Positions 11,505 to 20,633 of a DNA stretch of 32,000 nt are shown one piece after another. Source of the stretch: Methanothermus fervidus DSM 2088 (lineage in GTDB: Archaea > Methanobacteriota > Methanobacteria > DSM-2088 > Methanothermaceae). Location: contig CP002278.1 of NCBI GenBank assembly GCA_000166095.1, forward strand, positions 660,001 through 692,000, read 5' to 3'. Position 1 is the stretch's first letter. Each line of letters begins with the position of its first letter. The notes below the pieces were generated by a model. The model was not told the DNA's origin, ran no database searches, and was given only the letters and a program-made list of their open reading frames with translations. The position numbers and the translations under genes were made by a program.

Positions 11505-12922
11505 TAAATTTGGAAATGTTAATTAATGGAAAAAATGTAACTTCTGAGGATGAAATACCAGTATTAAATCCTTATAATCAAGAAGTTGTAGATACAGTTC
11601 CCTCAGCTTCTCAGAAAGATGTTAAAAATGCTATACAATCTGCAAACAAGGCTAAAATCAAAATGAAGTCACTTACATCAAGAGAAGTTTCAGAAAATTT
11701 ATATGAAGTTAGTAATGAAATGAAGAAGAAAATTGATGAATTTTCAAAAATGATAACACTGGAAACTGGCAAACCTATTAAATTCTCTCGTGAAGAAGCT
11801 AAACGTGCAATAGAAACTTTTAAATTATCTGCAGAAGAAGCAAAAAGAATTTATGGTGAAACTATTCCATTGGATGCATGCAGGGCTGGAGAAGGTCATA
11901 TAGCATTTACAATAAGAGAGCCACTTGGAGTTGTTGCAGCCATTACTCCATTTAATTATCCACTAAATTTAGCAGCGCATAAGGTTGGGCCTGCTATCGC
12001 TGCTAAAAATACAGTAGTATTAAAACCATCTCTAAAAGCTCCTTTAACAGCTATAATGATGGGAAAAATAATAGATACCTATTTTCCTGACGGTGTAATA
12101 AATGTTATCACTGGAAATGCAAAGATGATTGGCGATGAGTTTATAAAAAGTGATTTAATCAATAAAATTACTTTTACTGGAGGATTAAATGTTGGAAAGA
12201 AGATTGCAAAAAGTGTTGGATTAAAGAAATTAACTTTAGAGTTAGGAGGAAATGATCCACTAATAGTTCTTAGTGATGCTGACATTGATAAAGCTGTTGA
12301 AGCTGCAGTTAAAGGATCCTACTTATATTCAGGACAAGTATGTATTGCAGTGAAAAGAATAATAGTTGAAAATGAAATTGCAGATGAATTTTCTGAAAAA
12401 CTCGTTAAAGAAACTAAAAAATTAAAAATTGGAGATCCTATGGATCCCAAAACAGATATTGGTCCACTAATAGACCTAAATTCTGCTATAAATGTAGAAA
12501 AAGTTGTAAAGGATGCCATAAAAAATGGTGCAGAATTACTATATGGAGGAAATCGTGAAAAAAATTTATTTGAGCCAACAGTGCTTGATTACGTGACTCC
12601 TGAAATGAAAGTTGTAAAAGAAGAAACATTTGGTCCTGTATCTCCAATTATTAGGGTGAAATCTATTGATGAAGCGGTGAAAATTGCAAATGATACATGT
12701 TATGCGCTTCAAGCAGGAGTTTTCACTGAAAATATACACAAGGCATTAGAACTTTCACAAAAAATTGAAGCAGGCGCAGTGATTATAAATAAACAATCTA
12801 CATTTAGAACAGATAATATGCCATTTGGTGGATTTAAATGTAGTGGAATTGGAAAAGAAGGAGTTAAATATGCAGTTAATGATATGACTCGTGAGAAACT
12901 CATTATATTTGCTCCAAAATAA
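11498..12922 (+). CDS. Aldehyde dehydrogenase family, likely lactaldehyde dehydrogenase type
   Basis: 474 aa; FGPVSP, NPFNYPLNLAAHKVGPAIAA, FTGGLNVGKKIAK, LELGGNDPLIVL, SGQVCIAVKR. Resembles the methanogen lactaldehyde dehydrogenase family implicated in F420 biosynthesis. Confidence 0.85.
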   Translation: MVINLEMLINGKNVTSEDEIPVLNPYNQEVVDTVPSASQKDVKNAIQSANKAKIKMKSLTSREVSENLYEVSNEMKKKIDEFSKMITLETGKPIKFSREEAKRAIETFKLSAEEAKRIYGETIPLDACRAGEGHIAFTIREPLGVVAAITPFNYPLNLAAHKVGPAIAAKNTVVLKPSLKAPLTAIMMGKIIDTYFPDGVINVITGNAKMIGDEFIKSDLINKITFTGGLNVGKKIAKSVGLKKLTLELGGNDPLIVLSDADIDKAVEAAVKGSYLYSGQVCIAVKRIIVENEIADEFSEKLVKETKKLKIGDPMDPKTDIGPLIDLNSAINVEKVVKDAIKNGAELLYGGNREKNLFEPTVLDYVTPEMKVVKEETFGPVSPIIRVKSIDEAVKIANDTCYALQAGVFTENIHKALELSQKIEAGAVIINKQSTFRTDNMPFGGFKCSGIGKEGVKYAVNDMTREKLIIFAPK

Positions 12923-13023
12923 TTTTTATTTTTTGTTAAAGATAATGATCAAACTTATTTTCACTGATAGATAATTTGCGCTGTGAATTGAAAAATTACC
13001 AAAAACTAATTCATTTAAATTTT

Positions 13024-13042
13024 TATTGTGGTATATATAAGG
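13024..13042 (+). promoter_or_regulatory. Candidate archaeal TATA promoter of fdhAB
   Basis: attgtggtatatataagg in the 250-nt intergenic space, about 135 nt before the fdhA ATG. Confidence 0.5.
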
Positions 13043-13173
13043 TTTTGTAGACTTATCTGAAGTTATAACTGTGGAATGCCAATAAGACCTTTCTTGTTGT
13101 TAAAGTCCTCGCTGCTAATTTCTAAATGTCTAAAATATTAAATTCTGCAAACTTTCTGGAAAGGTGATACACT

Positions 13174-15231
13174 ATGAGTTTTGAACTTAAATATACTCCT
13201 AACATTTGTCCTTATTGTGGTTGTGGATGTGGACTAAATATAGTGACTCTTAATGGGAAAATAAAGGGAGTTGAAGGCTGGAAAAGGCATCCTGTTAATG
13301 AAGGCAAATTATGTCCAAAAGGTAATTTCTCATACCAGTTTGTTCAAAGTAAAGACAGGCTTAAACATCCTTTAATAAAAAAGAATGGAAAATTTATAGA
13401 AATTTCTTGGGATAAAGCTGTAGATATCATAGTTTCAAAATTAAATGAATATCGTAAAGAAAATCCTAATTCAATAGCATTTCTTGCTTCTGCAAGATGT
13501 ACAAATGAAGAAAATTATATTTTACAAAAATTTGCGAGAGTGGCTATTGGTACAAATAATATTGACCATTGTGCTAGGTTATGTCATGCACCATCAGTTG
13601 CAGGTCTTGCTCAAACATTTGGCTCAGGAGCAATGACAAATTCAATTCTAGACATTGAAGAAGCCGAAAGTATTTTCATAATTGGGTCAAATACTGCTGA
13701 GCAACATCCCATTATATGGAGAAGAGTTTTAAAAGCTAAAAATAAAGGCGCAAAATTAATAGTTGCAGATCCAAGAAAAACTCCAACTGCTTCATTAGCA
13801 GACATCCATCTGCCGATAAAACCTGGAAGCAACATAGCACTGATAAATGCAATGATGAATGTTATAATAGAAGAAGGCCTTGAAGACACTGATTTTATTA
13901 AAAAAAGAACAAAAGGATTTGAAAAATTAAAAGAAGTCATTGAAAAGTATAAACCAGAAAAAGTTGAAAAAATTGTAGGTGTACCTGCAAAAAAAATAAG
14001 AGAAGCTGCAATAACTTATGCAAAAGCTGACAGGGCAACTATATTATATGCAATGGGAATTACACAACATACTACAGGTACTCATAATGTTATTTCAACA
14101 GCAAATCTTGCTATGTTAACAGGTAATATTGGTAAAAAAGGTACTGGTGTAAATCCTCTAAGAGGTCAAAATAATGTACAAGGCGCATGTGATATGGGTG
14201 CTCTTCCACAATTTTACCCTGGTTATCAGAAAGTTACAGATAAAAATGCTACTGAAAAAATGCAAAAGATTTGGAAGTGCGATGATCTCAGTTCTGAACC
14301 TGGATTAACAGTTGTTGAGATGATGGATGCTGCTATAGATGGAAAAGTTAAATGCATGTATATAATGGGTGAAAATCCAGTTTTATCAGATCCTGACATT
14401 AAACATGTTAAAAAAGCATTGAAAAATTTAGAATTCCTTATTGTACAAGATATTTTCCTTACAGAAACAGCTGAATTTGCAGATATTGTTCTTCCTACAA
14501 CTGCATGGGGAGAAAAAAATGGTACATATACAAGTACGGAAAGGCGTGTACAATGTATAAGAAAAGCAGCAGATGGTCCTGGAGAAGCAAAAGATGACTG
14601 GAGAATAATATGTGAAATAGCAAAGAGAATGAATGTTAATGGTTTTGAATTCAATTCTACAAAAGAAATATTCAATGAAATTAGAAAAGTTACACCACAA
14701 TATGCGGGCATGAACTTTAAAAGATTACAAAAACCAGGTGGATTACAGTGGCCATGTCCTGATGAAAGCCACCCAGGAACACCAATATTACACACAGAGA
14801 AGTTTGCAACACCTGATGGATTAGGAAAATTCATTCCTGTAGAACATGAAGAGCCAGCCGAACTTCCTGATGATAGATATCCATTTATCCTAACAACTGG
14901 ACGTATTTTATTCCACTACCATACAGGTACAATGACAAGAAGATCAGAAACTTTAGACAATGAAGTTAGTACAGGATTTGTTGAAATAAATGATAAAGAT
15001 GCTTCTAAATTAGGTATTAAGGATGGTGAAATTGTTAAAGTTATGACTCGACGTGGTGAAATTAAAATACCAGCAAAAGTGACTTCAAAAGTTAGAGAAG
15101 GTGTTTTATTTATTCCGTTCCATTTTGTTGAATGTGCAGCTAATATGTTAACAAGTACTAATTATGACCCTATTTCAAAAATACCTGAATTTAAAGTATC
15201 GGCGGCTAATATAGAAAAATTGGAGGATTAA
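13174..15231 (+). CDS. fdhA: Formate dehydrogenase alpha subunit (Mo/W-bis-PGD, [4Fe-4S], Cys-type)
   Basis: 685 aa; [49 protein letters not shown] active-site region with Cys rather than Sec, [10 protein letters not shown]. Confidence 0.93.
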   Translation: MSFELKYTPNICPYCGCGCGLNIVTLNGKIKGVEGWKRHPVNEGKLCPKGNFSYQFVQSKDRLKHPLIKKNGKFIEISWDKAVDIIVSKLNEYRKENPNSIAFLASARCTNEENYILQKFARVAIGTNNIDHCARLCHAPSVAGLAQTFGSGAMTNSILDIEEAESIFIIGSNTAEQHPIIWRRVLKAKNKGAKLIVADPRKTPTASLADIHLPIKPGSNIALINAMMNVIIEEGLEDTDFIKKRTKGFEKLKEVIEKYKPEKVEKIVGVPAKKIREAAITYAKADRATILYAMGITQHTTGTHNVISTANLAMLTGNIGKKGTGVNPLRGQNNVQGACDMGALPQFYPGYQKVTDKNATEKMQKIWKCDDLSSEPGLTVVEMMDAAIDGKVKCMYIMGENPVLSDPDIKHVKKALKNLEFLIVQDIFLTETAEFADIVLPTTAWGEKNGTYTSTERRVQCIRKAADGPGEAKDDWRIICEIAKRMNVNGFEFNSTKEIFNEIRKVTPQYAGMNFKRLQKPGGLQWPCPDESHPGTPILHTEKFATPDGLGKFIPVEHEEPAELPDDRYPFILTTGRILFHYHTGTMTRRSETLDNEVSTGFVEINDKDASKLGIKDGEIVKVMTRRGEIKIPAKVTSKVREGVLFIPFHFVECAANMLTSTNYDPISKIPEFKVSAANIEKLED

Positions 15232-15233
15232 AC

Positions 15234-16412
15234 ATGGTCAAAGTAGGTGACATGTTTTATGTTTATTCTGAAGATAAAAACATTAGAAATAAAGGGGAAT
15301 ATGGAGGAGCCATAACTTCTTTACATAAATTCCTTCTTGAAGAAGGAATTGTGGATGCTGTTATCGCCGTTAAAAATGGTTCAGATCTTTATGATGCTGT
15401 TCCAACCTTGATAACGGACCCTGATAAAGTTATAGAGTCTGCAGGTTCACTCCACTGTGGTACATTCAACATTGCAAAAGTTATTACATGTTACTTAAAT
15501 GGTGCAAAAGATATGAAAATAGCTGTTACAGTAAAGCCATGCGATGCAATGGCAATAGTAGAGGTTGCAAAAAAGGGTAAAATTGACCTTAACAATGTTA
15601 TAATGCTGGGTGTCAACTGTGGAGGGACACTTCCACCTGTAAAGACAATACAAATGATAGAAGAAATATATGAAATGGATCCTGACAAAGTTATCAAGGA
15701 AGAAATAGCCAAGGGGAAACTTATAATTGAAACTCCAGACACTGAGAAGGAAATAAGTGTGGATGAATTAGAAGAGATGGGTTACGGTAGAAGAACCAAC
15801 TGTAGGAGATGTGAAAATAATATACCTAGAATGGCCGATCTTACATTTGGTAATTGGGGAGTTATAGGACCTATGGCTGGAAAAGCAACATTTGTAGAAG
15901 TAACATCAAAAAAAGGTGCAGAAGTTCTTGAAAAAGCTGTAAATGCTGGGGTCATTCATGTAGAGGATCCAATGCCTAAAGGTATCGAAATACGTGAAAA
16001 AATAGATAAAGCTATGGTTAATCTTGCAAAGAAATGGCAACAAAAAGAATTCAAAGATAAAAAAGATGTAATTGAAATATTCAAAGAATATATGGAAGAG
16101 TTCAGGAAGTGCATAAAATGCTATGGCTGTAGAGAAGCTTGTCCCTTATGTTACTGTGAAGAATGTTCACTTGAATCAGAAACTCCTGAATGGTTTAAAA
16201 GAGGGGAGATTCCTCCATCACCCATTCTCCATCTTGAAAGACTACTTCACACTATAGATTCTTGTGTCAATTGTGGTCAATGTGAAGATGCCTGTCCAGC
16301 AGAAATACCTCTTACAAGAATATGGCATGAACTTAATTGTAGAGTCAAAGATATCTTTGGATACGTACCTGGGTCACATCTGAAAGCACCTTTAACACAA
16401 GGTCAGAGGTAG
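15234..16412 (+). CDS. fdhB: Formate dehydrogenase beta subunit (F420-reducing, FrhB/FdhB family)
   Basis: 392 aa; [67 protein letters not shown]; 2-nt gap from fdhA. Confidence 0.93.
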   Translation: MVKVGDMFYVYSEDKNIRNKGEYGGAITSLHKFLLEEGIVDAVIAVKNGSDLYDAVPTLITDPDKVIESAGSLHCGTFNIAKVITCYLNGAKDMKIAVTVKPCDAMAIVEVAKKGKIDLNNVIMLGVNCGGTLPPVKTIQMIEEIYEMDPDKVIKEEIAKGKLIIETPDTEKEISVDELEEMGYGRRTNCRRCENNIPRMADLTFGNWGVIGPMAGKATFVEVTSKKGAEVLEKAVNAGVIHVEDPMPKGIEIREKIDKAMVNLAKKWQQKEFKDKKDVIEIFKEYMEEFRKCIKCYGCREACPLCYCEECSLESETPEWFKRGEIPPSPILHLERLLHTIDSCVNCGQCEDACPAEIPLTRIWHELNCRVKDIFGYVPGSHLKAPLTQGQR

Positions 16413-18274
16413 TTTCCCCAATTTTTTATTTCTTTTAAAAATTTTCCTTTTCCTACTCTTTCCATAACTGCAGATAATCTTTCCCTTTGTGGTTTTTCGG
16501 CATATTTACTGTATACATTTAGTACAGCATCGATTAACTCCAATATTTTATCTTCATTGTCAATGATTCCGATGTCTATTCCCTCAACAATTTCACGTCC
16601 TGATTTCCCGCCTATATATAATCTATATCCTTCATCTTTAACTTCTCTTCCTTCATTAGGACATGCATCAATGCATTTGCCACATCCTATACATAGATTA
16701 TAATTTGTGTACGATGTTTCTCCTCTAATGTCGATTGCCTCAACTTTACAAACTTCTGCGCATCTTCCACATCCATTACATTTTTCTTCGTTTATAAGTG
16801 GATATCTAACTCCTGCTACTCCTATATCATGAATTTGTGGTCTTACACATTTATTTGGGCATCCACTTATTGCAATTTTGAATTTATAAGGTGAAGGTCT
16901 TTCTTTAAATTTATCTTCAATTTTTTGTGCAAGTTTTTTAGTATTTATTATACCGCTTCCACAATTATCTTTTCCTGGACAGGCAAGGGTTGCTCTTACA
17001 AGAGGACCTTCTGACCCTGTTATCAGTCCTTCTTTCATTAACTCCAAAACCACATCTTCAACATCATACCCTGCTATGCCATGTATTTCAAATCCACCTC
17101 TATTTGTGATTTTTAAATTAGCATCATATTCCTTAACTATTTTTAATATTTTTTCGACTTCATCAATATCGTACCATCCACCTGGTCTTGCTCTAATCCG
17201 TATAAAGTATGTGCCATCTGCTCTTTTACTTACTCCTGGATAACAATCTGTCCAATAAAATGATACTTTTTTATTTTTTCTTTTTCTTTTTTTGATTTCT
17301 TCTTTAAATCTTCTGATTTTTAAACTTTTTAATTTTTCAATCGATTCGATATCTACACCTTTTCTTAATTTTACAGCGTTTTTAATTTCCTCTCCTTTTT
17401 TTGTCCTTATTATTATCGTTGAATATCCTTCTGGACTTCCAACAGACCCTACTGAAACATCAGCCATTTCAGAATCAAAATCCCTACATATTTTACATCC
17501 AGAACATACATCCAATTCTTTTAGAGGAATTTCATGTTTCTCATTTTTAAGATACACGAGTAGTTTATTCCCCTTAATATCAAATTTTTCTACTTTCTCA
17601 ATATCTATCCCATGTTTTTCCAAAGTTTCATAAAAAGAATCATGTTCAAATTTTTCCATGCAGAACAATCCAATTAAATATTTTATTTTTGGTAATGAAG
17701 TAGGTTTCCCATCTTTACCTAACTCTCCATCATATTTTGCTAAATATGGGAAATATTGGATTTTTCTTAACCCTTGTATTTGACAAGGCAATCCAACAAC
17801 TGCCACTTCTTTACATCCAATCTCACTTGCTTTCTTGAGGGCATCTAATGTTGACACCGTATATTTTGACTTTGCAGATTTTTCAATGTCATCTGGATCT
17901 TTTATAATCCATGAAGTAGGTTTCCACAATTCATCTCCAACTACAATTGCCCCATCAATTTTTCTCTTTTTTAGCAAATACTTCAAGAAAGTTGATACTA
18001 CTCCACCATCCTGACCTTTTACATCTCCTTTCCCATAAAAAAATTCTTTTTTGAAACTTTCTCTAATTTTGATTTGATATCCACCAGATGATACACGAGG
18101 ACATATGTCATAACACATTCCATTTCCCTTTCTTAAACATTCTTCAATAAGTTTTGGATGATTCTCAAAATCCAATAGATCATTTGGACAAACTACAACA
18201 CATGTTCCACACTTAGCACATAATTCTGTATCTACAATTTCATCTTTTAATTTCCATTCCCATTGATGTGTCAT
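16403..18274 (-). CDS. fsr: F420-dependent sulfite reductase (Fsr)
   Basis: N-terminal FrhB/FpoF-like ferredoxin+F420 domain ([26 protein letters not shown]...[15 protein letters not shown]), C-terminal siroheme sulfite reductase domain with CPGKDNC...CPNKC (C-x5-C / C-x3-C) and inserted 2x[4Fe-4S] ferredoxin. Track ORF begins at 18292; MTHQWEWKL start (18274) is family-like. Confidence 0.93.
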   Translation of the reverse strand: MTHQWEWKLKDEIVDTELCAKCGTCVVVCPNDLLDFENHPKLIEECLRKGNGMCYDICPRVSSGGYQIKIRESFKKEFFYGKGDVKGQDGGVVSTFLKYLLKKRKIDGAIVVGDELWKPTSWIIKDPDDIEKSAKSKYTVSTLDALKKASEIGCKEVAVVGLPCQIQGLRKIQYFPYLAKYDGELGKDGKPTSLPKIKYLIGLFCMEKFEHDSFYETLEKHGIDIEKVEKFDIKGNKLLVYLKNEKHEIPLKELDVCSGCKICRDFDSEMADVSVGSVGSPEGYSTIIIRTKKGEEIKNAVKLRKGVDIESIEKLKSLKIRRFKEEIKKRKRKNKKVSFYWTDCYPGVSKRADGTYFIRIRARPGGWYDIDEVEKILKIVKEYDANLKITNRGGFEIHGIAGYDVEDVVLELMKEGLITGSEGPLVRATLACPGKDNCGSGIINTKKLAQKIEDKFKERPSPYKFKIAISGCPNKCVRPQIHDIGVAGVRYPLINEEKCNGCGRCAEVCKVEAIDIRGETSYTNYNLCIGCGKCIDACPNEGREVKDEGYRLYIGGKSGREIVEGIDIGIIDNEDKILELIDAVLNVYSKYAEKPQRERLSAVMERVGKGKFLKEIKNWGNYL

Positions 18275-18313
18275 GAATATAGCCCCTATCAAGTTCGTAT
18301 TCCATGGTTATTA

Positions 18314-18334
18314 TTTCTGATATAAATACTTTTC
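18314..18334 (-). promoter_or_regulatory. BRE/TATA promoter of fsr
   Basis: Minus strand reads gaaaagtatttatatcagaaa, about 40-50 nt upstream of the fsr start; core identical to the promoter in the repeat elements. Confidence 0.6.
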
Positions 18335-18404
18335 AACTCTTGTTTCCTAATTTGCAAAAGACTTTTCACTAATAAAGTTAAATTTTTTGATTATTTTTGT
18401 TATG

Positions 18405-18508
18405 TGTTTGTAAAACATCGTATCTTTAACCTTTAGACCTCTGATGCCGGCAAGAAATCCCGAACATCCACAAACCATTTTAAAAATTTTTTGAATTTTT
18501 TACAAACA
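18405..18508. other. 11-bp perfect inverted repeat enclosing a GC-rich islet; candidate small ncRNA locus
   Basis: tgtttgtaaaa (18405-18415) and ttttacaaaca (18498-18508) are exact reverse complements; inside is ctctgatgccggcaagaaatcccgaacatccaca in otherwise very AT-rich spacer. Confidence 0.35.
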
Positions 18509-18577
18509 GAATTTTTAAAAAATAAAAAAATAAAAAGAAGATTGAAATTGATTTTGTGAAAAACCAGATTTCCACTC

Positions 18578-18944
18578 TATCAGGGATTGAGAGAAAACAG
18601 AAAAAGTATTTATATAGATGAAGTACAAAACTAGCACTTGTTCTAAAAAAATATACACAACTCTTCTTTTACTTCCTCTTTCTCTCTCCAAAAATGCTCT
18701 AGAAATTAAGAAAACTATATATATCCTTTCATACTACTTTTTTTCATGAGATGACTTCCCATACAATTACAAAGCTGAAAAAAACTGGTAGGTAGTTAAG
18801 AAGGTCTAAATGCATTAAAAGGATTAAAAATAAGTTAAGAGATTATATATCAGCATTTAAGACACTGTTGAGGGAATAGAGTAACCTTGATAGCCTGTAG
18901 GCAAGTTTTCTTTAGAAGTAGGAAGCTCTGTAGGAGTAGTTCAC
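18578..18944 (+). mobile_element. Element A: short non-autonomous IS605/TnpB-derived (MITE-like) relic, with promoter and omegaRNA-like 3' end
   Basis: Shares 5' module tatcagggattgag...agtatttatatagatgaagtacaaaa...cacttgtt...atatacacaactct and 3' module gcaagttttcttta-gaagtaggaagctctgtaggag with an inverted copy at 20206-20615. The 3' end ggaagctctgtaggagtagttcac resembles the IS605-family right end ([gaagc]-hairpin-TAGTTCAC). Confidence 0.6.
18605..18620 (+). promoter_or_regulatory. TATA promoter inside element A, directed toward pyrC
   Basis: agtatttatatagatg preceded by A-rich BRE-like tract; conserved in element B. Confidence 0.55.
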
Positions 18945-18945
18945 C

Positions 18946-20235
18946 ATGGTGGACCTATGTATTAAGAATTGCAAATTAAATGGAAAAATTGTAAATATTG
19001 GGGTTGAAGATGGCAAAATAATAAAGATCAGTAAATTACCATTTAAAAATTGTGAAACAATAGACATAAAAGGTAGAATAATATTCCCAGGCTTGATTGA
19101 TGCACATGTACATTTTAGAGAACCAGGAATGGAATATAAAGAAGACTTTAAAAGTGGATCAATGGCAGCAGCGCATGGAGGATTTACAACGGTTCTAGAC
19201 ATGCCAAATACAAAACCTCCCACAAATACTTTAAAAGAATTTAAAAGAAAGATTAAACTTGCATCTAAAAAAAGTATTGTGGATTTTGGATTACATGCTG
19301 GTGTAAATTTACAAGAAGTCCAAAAAATTGTAAAGTTAAGTCCAGCTTCTTTTAAAATTTACATGGAAGACACGAGTATAAACACTATAAAAAAAATGTT
19401 TGATATTTTAAATTCAACAAATATCCCACTTACTTTTCATTGTGAAAAAAGAGAAATTAATTATGAAAGAGATCACAGAGGAAAAAGTCCTCATTTTTAT
19501 TCAGATGCAAGACCTACTATAAGTGAGGAAATTGCAGTTGCAGAAGCTGTTTCATTTTCAGCTCATTATAATCATCCTATACATATATGCCATTTAAGCT
19601 CAAAAAAAGCTTTAAAAATCATAAAAAATATGCGAAATTTAGCACCAGTTACATGTGAGGTTACACCTCATCATTTATTTTTGGATTCAAGTTATTTCAA
19701 CAAATTTGGCAGTTTTGTAAAGACAAATCCCCCACTACGGTCTAGAGAGGAAGGTATAAATATTAAAGACTTAAATGATATCGATATTATTGCTACTGAT
19801 CATGCTCCACATACTTTAGATGAAAAAGAAAAAGAATTTTGGGAAGCACCAGCAGGTATACCTAATCTTGAAGTATCTTTAAAATTATTTTTAACTTTAT
19901 TTGCAAAAGGTAAAATTAAATTAAATGAAATAAAAACTATGTTTTGCGAAAAACCAGCAACTATTTTTGGTTTAACTAATAAAGGTTTTATTAAGGAAGG
20001 CATGGACGCAGATTTTGTTGTCATAGATCATAAAAAAACTGGTAAGATAAGTGCTGATGAATTTTATAGTAAGGCACAATATACACCTTTTGAAGGTTTT
20101 GAATATATTGGAGAAGCAGTAATGACCATACTTCGCGGCAAAGTAATTATGGAGGAAGGTGAAGTATTTAAAAATAAAGGTAAATATGTCAGGAGTGAAT
20201 ATAGGCTACCTCCTACAGAGCTTCCTACTTCATAA
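18946..20235 (+). CDS. pyrC: Dihydroorotase
   Basis: 429 aa; GRIIFPGLIDAHVHFREPG, LDMPNTKPPT, GLHAG, HICHLSS, DIIATDHAPHTLDEK, FCEKPATIFGL. Confidence 0.93.
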   Translation: MVDLCIKNCKLNGKIVNIGVEDGKIIKISKLPFKNCETIDIKGRIIFPGLIDAHVHFREPGMEYKEDFKSGSMAAAHGGFTTVLDMPNTKPPTNTLKEFKRKIKLASKKSIVDFGLHAGVNLQEVQKIVKLSPASFKIYMEDTSINTIKKMFDILNSTNIPLTFHCEKREINYERDHRGKSPHFYSDARPTISEEIAVAEAVSFSAHYNHPIHICHLSSKKALKIIKNMRNLAPVTCEVTPHHLFLDSSYFNKFGSFVKTNPPLRSREEGINIKDLNDIDIIATDHAPHTLDEKEKEFWEAPAGIPNLEVSLKLFLTLFAKGKIKLNEIKTMFCEKPATIFGLTNKGFIKEGMDADFVVIDHKKTGKISADEFYSKAQYTPFEGFEYIGEAVMTILRGKVIMEEGEVFKNKGKYVRSEYRLPPTELPTS

Positions 20236-20615
20236 AGAAAACTTGCCCAGAGACTATATCTCTATAAGAGACAATCCTGAGTAGAGCATTCTCCTAAACA
20301 GGCAGTCAAAACTACCTTATATCCTCAACAATACTCTATATAGACTTATTCTTACATGTTAGAAAAATAATTATAAACATGCCTATAAATCTCCAAAGTT
20401 TCCAATAGTTTATCTTCTGTTCTTTGCTTAATAAACTTCTGAATTTATATAGCTATATCTTATGAAGAAAAGTGGTATATTATGCTTTTCTTTTTTCTAA
20501 ATATTAATTTGCTTTGGAGAAAGAAGGAGTGAGAGAGTTGTGTATATTTTTTAAAACAAGTGTTATTTTGTACTTCATCTATATAAATACTTTTCTTATT
20601 TCTCAATCCCTGATA
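20206..20615 (-). mobile_element. Element B: inverted, diverged copy of element A, overlapping the 3' end of pyrC
   Basis: Minus strand reads cttatcagggattgagaaataagaaaagtatttatatagatgaagtacaaaataacacttgttttaaaaaatatacacaactct...ttgttgaggatataaggtag...actgcctgt...gggcaagttttctttatgaagtaggaagctctgtaggaggtag. Confidence 0.6.
20579..20597 (-). promoter_or_regulatory. TATA promoter inside element B, directed antisense to pyrC
   Basis: Minus strand agaaaagtatttatatagat, same core as in element A and the fsr promoter. Confidence 0.5.
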
Positions 20616-20633
20616 AGCGAATATAAAAAATAC

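Noticed and set aside
14226-14834. 202-aa minus ORF inside fdhA
   Set aside because: Antisense shadow; the + strand carries strong FdhA motifs.
13174-15231. Possible selenocysteine-containing FdhA
   Set aside because: ORF is uninterrupted and the active-site region reads [10 protein letters not shown] with a Cys codon, so no in-frame TGA/SECIS requirement.
18481-18540. A/T-rich runs (attttaaaaattttttgaatttttt ... aaaaaataaaaaaataaaaagaag) as a repeat array
   Set aside because: Low-complexity composition; only the defined 11-bp inverted arms are exact and worth noting.
18690-18900. Residual tnpB coding sequence inside element A
   Set aside because: No frame gives recognisable TnpB zinc-finger or RuvC motifs; only the terminal MKQEA-like relic codons at the 3' module are suggestive.
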